From: Paramecium tetraurelia
Taxonomy: Eukaryota
Direction of reading: 5' to 3'
Assembly (NCBI GenBank): GCA_000165425.1
Contig: CT868004.1
Location: 62,001-126,000, forward strand
DNA length: 64,000 nucleotides
A program made the translations under genes and the position numbers. Positions 54,103 to 64,000 of this stretch are shown here, piece by piece; positions within the stretch are counted from its first letter, which is position 1, and every line of letters starts with the position of its first letter. The notes beneath the pieces were generated by a model, which saw only the letters and a program-made list of their open reading frames with translations, was not told the origin of the DNA and made no database searches.

Positions 54103-55488
54103 TCACCCTTGCATGTACTTATTATAAAGAGGGGAGTTTTTAAACTCTTAAACTGATTTAAATTCCATATTAAATAACGCTTGGATAAGTTGTAACTCTG
54201 GTTTATATTATTCGGAAATGTGAGGTCTAAATTAGCTAAGAAGTTGTCATAAATTAATTACTTATTTTTCGCATTCTTATGATTTTAAATTCTTTCCTCT
54301 TTACCACATATTGGATCGCACAGATCTAATATTATAATTCCAACCTAAAACAATTCTGCTTTTGCATCATATACAATTCCTCTCCTCTACATCACATTAT
54401 TAATTTCTACAGTCCCACATTCTTTACTAAGTATTAACCAATTAATCTTTTATCCATCATCATTCAAATGTGTTTTGCTCCAATCAAAGTCACAAATTCT
54501 TAAAGCAACCTCTCCACTATTATCTTTTGTAACGAGAACATTCTCTAATTTTAAATCTCTATGAAAGAACCCTTAACCATGAATGTACTCCAAGCCATTA
54601 ATTAATTAACTAATCAAAGATTTCAGGGTCTTCCTCTTTTATTCCACTGGTACTATTGATAGATAATTCACGCTGAATTGTAATAAGTCATTGCAACCCA
54701 AATAGGAATCATATTCTTATTGTAAATAAAGATAAAAAAATTTTTAATTTTTCTCGTTAATCTCCTGCTCTACCCACCAACTGTACAATCTAATTACATT
54801 TGGATGTTAGAGTCGTAGCATTGCTTTGACTTCTCTTATCTATGTGATCTGATTATAAAACAACCTCTGCCAACTGAACTCCCCTGTTAATCTCACTTTT
54901 TTAACCGCATAAATTTATTAATCCATTTTATTAATGGCCAAAATTATAGATGTTAATCTCTAAGTCTCTTAATAAGGTCTGATAACACAGAATTCCTTTA
55001 CAAATTTTCCGTTGCTTAACAAATTGCATTGATTGAATTCATTAAATCGAAAAAATTTAAACTCATAACTTACTATTAATCCCTTCTATGGGTCTTTATC
55101 ATTACAAGATAAATTCAATTAAGAATCTAGTAACTATTAAACCATGTTTTCATTCACTTCTAACAAACAACAAGCTTTTTAAACAGAAGTTGATAATATA
55201 GGTTCTATTTTGACATCAGTAGGCCGTATTTATTTCTAATCATTATAAATTTCTAATTACCATCGATCCTTTAAGCATATTGATGACTATATGTTCTATT
55301 ACTGTGATCACATCTCTTCTTGATATAATATGCTGAATTTTATTGCTATATTAGTTGATTATAACGACAGCGAAAATATTGGGGGAGGGAGTTTCTTCCT
55401 GTTGCATCACCTGATTATTTATAGGTTATTGATTTTGAGCTGGTTTTTGCTACTCATCATCACTATCAATAAATTCGATATCAATCAT
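54103..55488 (-). CDS. Divergent eIF2-alpha kinase (PEK)-like protein, possible pseudokinase
   Basis: NKMDQQIYAVKKV, REVKAMLRLQHPNVIRLYSWWVE, YLYLQQEY and HRDLKLEN. The Gly-loop is absent, DFG is DFD, and there is no APE. One 26-nt intron near 54236-54261. Confidence 0.82.
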
Positions 55489-55679
55489 ATCCTTTTATAT
55501 ATTCGTATAACTTTAATTTGATAATTAAATAAATAAATTTTAAGTAAATAAATCCAACAAGTAGAAATTCAATTCCTAAATTAAACTGAAATTCTGATAA
55601 GTTGGTATATTACATTTTTAATCAACTGATTTTGAGATTTTCTCTTGCGAATAAAATATAATAATTATATTAATAAATT

Positions 55680-56110
55680 ATGATAAGGGAAAAAGTTTGG
55701 CTAAAGATGGAGCAATTGTAAAAAAGACAAAGAGAAGACAAGTTTTAGGTAACAACATAAAACATATGCTTTGTAGTTAAAGAGAAAATTCCAATATCCA
55801 ATTCAATAAGTTCTGGATGAAATCATACAGGATAAAAGCTTGATTATCGATTTACTCTACAGCAATCAAAAATTGACTGAAAAAACGTATTAATGACGTC
55901 TATGTAGATTAAACTATGGAATTATTGATTGTCTTCTCAGCAATTGCAATTCGAATAAGGCATGCCTCTAATTATTGGCCTTAATTATTTTGAGGTTTAT
56001 AAATATAGTATAAATTTAGAGATAAGAATAATTTAATATAAGAGTACCTGCAAGACAAAGAGATCACTTGTTAAACAATTAAGCAATTAATCTCTTTGAA
56101 TAGACATTGA
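55680..56110 (+). CDS. Small protein (118 aa) with IBB-like basic N-terminus
   Basis: Three canonical tiny introns (55749-55776, 55887-55907, 55995-56019) give an intact frame MIREKVWLKMEQLQKRQREDKFQLKRKF...LISLNRH*. Confidence 0.7.
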
Positions 56111-56473
56111 TTTTTAATAATTTCTGTTTGTAAACTGAAAATTTAACTAATTTTATTCCAAAAATATTTAACTAAATATTGAGTATTCTATCAATGCAAT
56201 AATACATTTTATTTATTAAGACAACTCTTTTTAACTAGATTTGATGTTCATTTTTATATAATTGGTTATTTAATTATTAGAAATGTCTATAAAATTACAC
56301 TTGTTCAAATAACAATTGAATGTAAATTAAACATATAAGATATCAATTAATTCAAAATCATATATATATTTTAGTTTTATTATGTATCATAAACATATCA
56401 AATGGAATATAAGATATTTAAATCATATTATCAGCTTAATATAATATTAAAATTCTAACTTTATAAAAAATAT

Positions 56474-58063
56474 TCAATAAAACCTAATATTATTACTCAA
56501 AGCCTTTTTCATTTATTAGAGCTGCTTAACTTATTTCCGATAATAAAGGTATAAACATGAATTAATTAAAATATCAATTTCAAAATCATTGATATTTTAG
56601 TAATCTCTTCAATGATCTGATTAAATTTAATCTAGAATGTTTCATTATATATAATTGGTTAAATCAGTTTATAATTATTTATATGTAGATAATTTAATCT
56701 TGAATAATCTCAATCCAAAGATATTAGAAATAAATCTATCATGTCTATGGCTGTATCTTCATCAGATTATATAAATTCTTTGATATTTTTCAATTGGAAA
56801 TCGTGAGTTTTCGTTAAGTACACGATTTAATCTAAAGTCTTAACCTTGTTTTATTTTGCAAATTCCTTTAAGTCTTCGAAAAGTTCTTAATTGTTTAATT
56901 GCATTTCGTATTGTTCTAATCTCTTTAAAGCCAATTCTTTATAATAGTCTTTGACTTGTTGCTATTTTATTAAATATATTGATTACTTTCGGTTATTAAG
57001 GATGCATAGTTAATTAGGCATGAACTGCTGACTTTCTCTTAATTCGTTACATTTTCTTTTTATCTCTTATGATGAGGTCTTATACATCATGCATAAACTT
57101 AGCAGCCTTTAAGGGTTCAAATTCCTTTAGATTCAGATTTCCACTTGCAAATTCTTCAATTTTCTAAATGTTCTAATCGATAAACTTTTAAATTTCATCA
57201 TCATCTTCTTTGAATGTTACTTTGGCTTTTAATTTTTCAATAATTTACAATGCCTATATCGCCTCCTATTTAACATCCTTACCTATTGAATTATACTCCA
57301 TTAACTTAGACATGATTTATCTAATGAATTTATCCAAAGCCTCAGGTGTTGTGCCTTCTTTATCTAAATTGATTTATTTTCCTCCGACTCTGATTGAATT
57401 ACTAGTAGTATAAACTACTTGATTAGGAGTCACTCTGTGTACTGGACCTGTAAATGTGGTCAACTAGCATTGAGGATCAACACGTATCATTTAATAGAAC
57501 AACTCATCCTTAATATCTTACAATATTTTGGTAAAATCAATTTTAGTGTTTTGAATTAAATCAATTTAAGATGACAGTATTCCTGAGTTGTGAATAATCA
57601 TTTTCAATTCAGCAGCCACAGTATGCGAAAATTTATCTCCCACAGCTAATGTATGAAATTTAAATTGGTATCCTTGAGAATGTAATTACTCAAAGTCCTT
57701 AGTCATCTCCTCTAAGTACTAGCCTATTCCATCATTTTCTTCTATTCCATCGGTCACAAAGACGATGAGAATATTTTGCAATAAGTTACCAGATTTAATC
57801 AACTTCATCAACTCTCTGAATCCTAGTTCTATGTTTGTCCCTTCCCCTTTTTATATAGATAATTGTGGGCTTTCTTGCAGTATTGCAGTGTCGTCATACT
57901 GAATACAATATATACTTTTGAATCCAGTCACAAAGTAATTCCACGCTTTACATAAGTCACCCCAAGCCTCACACATTGATCCTGAACCATCAATTATACC
58001 AACAACACTATATTCTTAAATTACGGCTGATTCTTTTAACCAATAAATGTAGGGAGTTGTCAT
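56474..58063 (-). CDS. von Willebrand factor A domain protein, 529 aa
   Basis: Intact MIDAS: VGIIDGSGSM, GTNI, IVFVTDG, FHTLAVG. Helical C-terminal half; intronless. Confidence 0.9.
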
Positions 58064-58644
58064 TTTTTAATTAATATTATAAAACTTTATATAATGTTTT
58101 TTCAGGTAACAGTTGTAAATCACATCTGAATATTAATAATTAATCAAAGGACTGTATTATAAGTATACATTATTTTTCATATTTATCAATTTTATCTGTA
58201 ACCATCCATTTCACTTTTAGAAATACTAAATATTATATTAATTGTTATTGTACTAATAAAAATATATTATATTAATTAAAAATGTATCTTATATTTGCAA
58301 TTCATAATCAAAGATTATTTGAGAGTAGTATTTTATTTTTAGATTTAGGGTATTAATGCATTAAATATATATTCAATATATTGTTGAAGGAAGGATTTTC
58401 AAAATATTTTTAGATTTTCTATAGTAGAATTGTCTACATAATGTTTTAAGTTTAGAACATTAATTTTAAGTATTCTTTACTAAAAAAAGACAGAATGTCT
58501 TACTCATTCATTTCTTTAGGTTTTCCACTTTAAAACTAACAATATAATAATTTTAAACACATTTAAGGGTTTTAGTTATAAATAAAAAATAATATTGCGT
58601 ATTAATGAATAAGATATAAAGAGAAATAAAGATATTTATAACAT

Positions 58645-59899
58645 TCAATCAATATAAAAGGTTGCCTCCATAATGGTTAGATAAATGCCTTCTACACCAT
58701 CCAAATTTCCTATGTATTTCTGCATGATATCAAAGTGAGTATATGGGTTTTAAAGCTTTGACTTGCATAGCACATAATTAAACACAGATATCAATTCATC
58801 AGTACTCAAATTAGATGGTTGTTACGCAAATTATTAATAATAATCCATGATGGTAGAATATATACATTGAAAACAAATTACTAGCTACTTGATTTTATGA
58901 TGAGGTGTTTATCTAAATTATATAAGTTATAAGGCTTCTATTGCTTTTTCAAAAGGAGATTATTGGTGAAAAAAGGTACCTGAAAGCAATCGAGTCTAGG
59001 GTCTTGAGGGTAACTACGTAATATCAACATCCTCAATGATAAGAGTCTGGTAGGCACTTTGTGTAATCTTATTGCTAATCGAAGTATTTGTATTAATCTT
59101 GGTTGATCTTTTGATTTAAATGTAATCTCTGGTTGTGTAATCTAAACAAAACTTACTTGAAATTCCGAAATCTGAAAGGGTTTTTTTTTGGGATTGGATT
59201 AATTTGAAATGAATCTTTTGATTTTATTGTAGTTATTCTTATTTTTTGATCTGGTAAACATAAGTGGAAATCTCATCATCGAATATCATGTTAGTGACAA
59301 GACACTGAAGCGATTTAAAATTTAAAAATTGACACTGATTAATCGTAGCATATTGCTTAAGATTATAATAATGAATTAAAATCTAAATTTAATAAATAAT
59401 TACTTAAACATAAGAATCTCGAAATTTAATTAATAATGTATCTAAGTCATGACTAGTTTTGGGCAGTTTGGTTCTTCGAAAAGCCTAAAAGATGTCCAAC
59501 AAACTGCCAGAGAGGGTGGATAGTAAATTAATGACTTGTTTCTCATAATCCGAGAAGCAGGGGTCACAATCTTAAAGCAATGTCGTGACTTAGAATTCTT
59601 GAGAAGGATGAAAAGTGTTTTTGGATCTTCTGATGTTCTCTAGTTCAGTTGCGAATAGAGATTCATTGGTACTCACCGTGTTGTTTTATTCATACTAAGG
59701 TTTAACTGTTTAGTAGAGAGAAAGGAAGTTGTTTTTATGAAAACGATCTGATCTAATATTGATATGATATCCTAATTTTTACACTTCTCTTTCTACTCCG
59801 AGGTACCAGTGATTCTAGATATAAGAAGAGAGATATTACTTAATGATTTTTGTAAATATCATAGATGTTGTCTAACTAATGTATTTAGTTATTGCCCAT
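58645..59899 (-). CDS. VPS9-domain protein (Rab5-family GEF)
   Basis: PFEKAIEAL..TPHHKI, LSTDELISVFNYVLCKS and GVEGIYLTIMEA; MGN N-terminus. Confidence 0.85.
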
Positions 59900-59921
59900 T
59901 TATAATTATATAAATTTTAAT

Positions 59922-60603
59922 TCAATTAACTATTCTAAATGTCTCCTTGTTTAAACATTCAGCTATGGCTGATCGCTTTTTAAGTTGATCGATTAGCACT
60001 TTCAATTATTATAAAGAACAATTGAATTTCTTTAGCAATTGCCCAATGTTTGCTCGTTTATTGTGTCTGATGTATCCTTCGATCTATATCTCTAAGGGTT
60101 CATCCTTTAATGATTTCCAGTCGATTGGAGGTCGAGATTGCACTTCCACCTCAATTACCTTCATGGTGTGATACATCCAATCCGAGACATTTGAAGCTAA
60201 GTAATGTTGCAACACAAAATAAGGGGCGTCCTTAAATACTTTGATTTAAATTGTGAATTTATAATAGAATGAGGGGTCATCTCTACAAATTACATCATAT
60301 TAACATACTTGCCATCATCTATCAATTTCAAAATTGGATCTTCATTTTGTTTATTTGCAAAGTAAGTAACCTTCAGAATCCCAGTGTCATCATTAATTGA
60401 AATACTGTACCTGACCTGATTTTATTCCTTGACTACTTTCTGAAATCTCCCATGAACACAAACAATTGTTAAATTCACATTATCATAATACACTTAGTTC
60501 CCTTCCAAAGTTATTTAATTAAGCATTTTCACATTCAAAGGAACTATTCCTGAACTAACCTAATTTCATAATTCAATACTTCCATGTTAGAATTTGTATT
60601 CAT
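59922..60603 (-). CDS. RPA2/RPA32-like protein (OB fold plus C-terminal winged helix)
   Basis: IVPLNVKML, VCVHG, ISINDDTGILKV, MYHTMKVI and a wHTH-like IGQLLKKFNCSLQQLKVLIDQL..ETFRI. Introns of 20 and 26 nt. Confidence 0.78.
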
Positions 60604-60839
60604 TTTTACACTTTATTTTAAATATAAAATAATAATCAACTTACCATACTAATTAATTAAACTAATCTCAGATGACCAGAGAGCCCTTAAAAATTCTGAT
60701 CTTAATTTTGATGTTCCTAAAAGCATTCAATATATATGTATTAAATAAGATTTTATTCTTTGCATACTAATTTTCTTTGTAAACTACAAATTCTATACTA
60801 AAAAGAAAATTTAGTTGTTGAATTTAATTAAATTCAAAA

Positions 60840-61334
60840 ATGAATACAAGATAAAGGTTACTCTAGAATATTAGTTGCATAGCTGGGAATGCAAGAATCA
60901 AATAATAGTAGAATCAGAGTAATGTAAGAATAAGGTCACAAAAGTCAAGAAAGGAGAATGCTAGTTTCATAGTTACAAAACTTACTTAATAGCCTAAAAC
61001 AAATATCAATCTCTATTAGACTCAAATACATTCACCAATAAAAAATAGAAGCATGAATTAGAATAAAGAAAATAATATTAACAATGCTTATGTGGCAATA
61101 AAGAATTCAGATGAACTAATTATAAATAGTGCAGAATCTCATTCACTAAATTTATCATATTCGCCTTCCTCTAAGAAGAAGCCTCAGCCTTCATGTTTCG
61201 TATTGCCATCGAGAAGCATCAAACCGAAATTAAAATTGACCAGAAAAACACTTGAAATTAGAAACATATATTTGGATAAACCAAAACAAAATAATTTTAT
61301 TAACATAAAATGTACATAAAAAATGATCAGATGA
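60840..61334 (+). CDS. Hypothetical basic low-complexity protein, 164 aa
   Basis: Code-6 extension of track ORF 61092-61319, from MNTRQRLLQ to KMIR*. Confidence 0.7.
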
Positions 61335-61432
61335 TATCGATTACCGCATTATGCATTTTTATTAAACAACACATTATTTGAGTTAGTTTAACCATTATAT
61401 TTATAATACATTGTAATTAAATCTTTACTCGA

Positions 61433-62191
61433 ATGAGCAATGCTTAAATAGTAAAAATAACTAAATAACCATCTGAATAGATGGGATTCTGTGTTTAATG
61501 CTCAAACTTCATTCCAATTGCTTAAGCTGATCTTCACTGTCTAAACTGCATGGAAAACACCAATAAATTCAATAGCTAAATTGATTAAATCTCCTCACAA
61601 TTACAACATATCAAGACCATAGCTTATAAAGGATAAGAAAAACTAGATGAGAGTAGTGAAAAATACAAGTTCATGATTAGAATCCAGGAGCTAAGATCTC
61701 AAATTGATTCTATAAGATGCTACAATAGCCATAGTATCAAAAAACTAAAGGATATAGAAAGTGAAGTAAATGTACTGATATCATACCCCTAAACATCAAT
61801 GACCATCATGATGTTGTTGAGTAGGTTATTATGCTTAATAAAAGAGAAATTAGTAGTGCAGAATCAGAAAAGGCTAGTTTCTCAAAATTCATTTCCGAAA
61901 GGGGCTGACACAAGAATAAAAACTGAATCGCAGTATCAGTAAGGTAGTGAAGCAGAATACTCATAAAAAGAATTCTAATCAGAGAGCAACATTAGTAAAG
62001 TATCTGAATTCAAGAGAACTTTTTATTCAAAATTTTTGGAGTTATAACTCAAGCTTTCAAAGAATGATCCAGCTTAATAGATACTAGTTTAAGATTTATA
62101 CAGAATAGTAGTTAGATAAAATTACAATCAGGAGGAGGCATTAAGATTTGTGAGAAAATGCTTAAGAGTGGGTAAAATTAATTAAGTATGA
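61433..62191 (+). CDS. Hypothetical protein with N-terminal C2HC zinc-finger-like motif, 252 aa
   Basis: CVQCSNFIPIAQADLHCLNC, then a helical region and KRTFYSKFL..PAQQILVQDLY; intronless. Confidence 0.78.
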
Positions 62192-62289
62192 GTATTCTTA
62201 TTTATTTATAACTTAATTAATAATTAAATAGTTGAATTAATGGACTCCTCTTGACTGTCAGATTATCAGATAATGGCTTCAAATCACTA

Positions 62290-63529
62290 TGGAATTTCAA
62301 TAGTTAACAAGATAAAAAACAATACTATAAAGTAAATAAAGCAAATGTAAGTTCAATAATGGAATTTTCAGACTCAGTACTGCAGAATACTCCTGATTAC
62401 TTGGAAACTTTGATGAGTCTGGCAACAATAATCAATTATAAGATTAAAATTTTATGAGTTTTATAATAGTTACTAATATAAAAAGTAAATCAGAGTTTGG
62501 TGATTCAGCATTCATAGCTTAATTGGGATCATAAAAATATTCTTTGAATTGAGCTAAGAATAAATATTACTAATAAATGCATACCTTAGATAGAGTCTCT
62601 TTTTAGCATCGTATTATTTTCATTTTAATCCTACTCTGTATCCTGACTATAAATTGCTCTTCAATTGCTTGAACTAAGATGAATGTAAGGTGGTTGCAAT
62701 TCCTTATGGAATAATTTATTCCACTCGAATCCTCTCAACCTTGGATGATTTTTTATAGCTTCTGGATTATTTGATCCAAATCTTTGGGATGGCTTTCGTT
62801 GGATCAACTTATAAATTGAAATTAATTAACTCTACTTGATTCTCCAAATCTGCAGGCTCTAAAGACCAAGAAACAGGAATTTCAGATCTTTTAATTTACA
62901 CTTATTTTGCAGTTCCACTTGTATCTGATGAGTTATTAGGACTCCAGATGGATGTGATTGTGAAAACTTTCAATATGAAGTAGCCTTCAGAATCGAACAT
63001 AAAGTTTTCAGATTTCAAATCTCTATGGATATCACCTTAATAATGCAAATATTCTAGTGCAATTATAATACCTTCACTAAAGAACTCTAAGCAATAAAAT
63101 TGCAGTTAATACTTGATTCTTTTTCTGAGAACTTTTAATTCTTCTCAAAATGAAAACGGAAATCTCCTCCACTTAATAAATCCTTAACCAGGCATAAATC
63201 TTCTTTTATCTTAAAATGCGGTTATCATTTCATTATTAAGGGATGCCTTAGTCCACTAAATAACAATATCTCATTCAAATTTGAAATAACATTCTTTTTT
63301 TTGATAATCTTTAATTTAGAACTTAAATTCATTACTTTGCTTTTCACATCACTTTTAGGGCAAATAGTCTTTGTTTTTTCTACACCTCGCTTTCCAAAAC
63401 CTTCCCATATGTTCTATACCACAGAACCTCAATAAATTCAAAGTTATGCACAGATAGAACTTTTATAGAATTCTAAGTACTTGATGAATCTGGAAAGTCA
63501 CTCTTATCTGTAATATTGTAATTACCCAT
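62290..63529 (-). pseudogene. AGC-group kinase pseudogene
   Basis: Broken Gly-loop with frameshift, in-frame TGA at 63344-63346, HRDLKSEN retained, DFG lost. DTSGT is joined directly to AKQVQIKRSEIP, deleting subdomains VIII-X. Further stops follow; the 3' boundary is approximate. Confidence 0.88.
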
Positions 63530-63609
63530 TATTTATTAATATAATGATTTTATGCTTATTTTCATAGATATATTTGTTTATAACATCTCTGTTGATTAAA
63601 TAAAAAGTA

Positions 63610-64000
63610 TTCAATATTTTAGTTTTGGCAAGATCTCACTTTCTTCTACCTTATCTTACCCAACCATAGTGATCAAAGAACATTTGGGTTTCTCGAATTC
63701 CTTTTTCAATTTGCTCTCTCCCCTCACCTTCAGACTGCTCTCAAGATCTGCTTGCTTCAACAATAAAGTCTTTGAGTTTAAAGTCACTCTCAATGAATTG
63801 TTAGATTAATCTTCTTCCTTTTCCACCATGTAACTCGATCCTCTTAACTGCTGGTACCAATTTTTTGGTGGAGACGGCAATTCGTTAAGAAGTTACTTTT
63901 TTAGTCTATAAGCTGTTGAACTAATATTTTTTTGTCTGATTACCTGAACTCTTCTGCAATAAAGTGAGTTTGTCTCTGCTTCTTGCCTAACACTTGCTTT
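63610..64000 (-). CDS. 3' part of a hypothetical gene running in from beyond the window edge
   Basis: Coding-like composition (..AYRLKKQLLNELPSPPKNWYQQLRG..) with probable tiny introns; the exact stop is uncertain. Confidence 0.45.

Noticed and set aside
1..64000. CRISPR arrays, prokaryotic operons or defence systems, tRNA/rRNA, telomeric repeats, transposons, retained IESs
   Set aside because: No repeat-spacer arrays, G3-4T2-3 tracts, transposase/RT motifs or terminal inverted repeats were seen. The intact genes are not interrupted by TA-bounded inserts, consistent with somatic macronuclear DNA.

Overview
This is strongly AT-rich, gene-dense eukaryotic DNA that reads as ciliate macronuclear sequence, most likely Paramecium. 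Genes open only under translation table 6 (TAA/TAG = Gln, TGA the sole stop). They carry tiny 20-30 nt GT..AG introns (mostly GTA..TAG), and neighbouring genes are often less than 40 bp apart. The supplied standard-code ORF track is therefore mostly fragments or antisense shadows. Re-translating by hand gives about 35 genes. Recognisable ones are a PAS-domain multipass membrane protein, a delta-9 acyl-CoA desaturase, four kinases (one a degenerate eIF2-alpha-kinase type), a catalytically altered NIF/CTDNEP1-like phosphatase, TMEM218, a RAD54B-like SNF2 translocase, a membrane RING-H2 ligase, an importin-alpha-like protein, an alpha-arrestin, CNOT11, a SHIPPO/STPG-repeat protein, CFAP100, a two-TM ciliate-family protein, a possible Nup160, a PH-START-OSBP lipid transfer protein, vWA and VPS9 proteins and an RPA2-like protein. 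There are also two clear pseudogenes and several small, often lipid-anchored, orphan proteins. I saw no rRNA, tRNA, CRISPR, telomere or transposon. All coordinates and family calls come from manual translation and remembered motifs; no database search was run.
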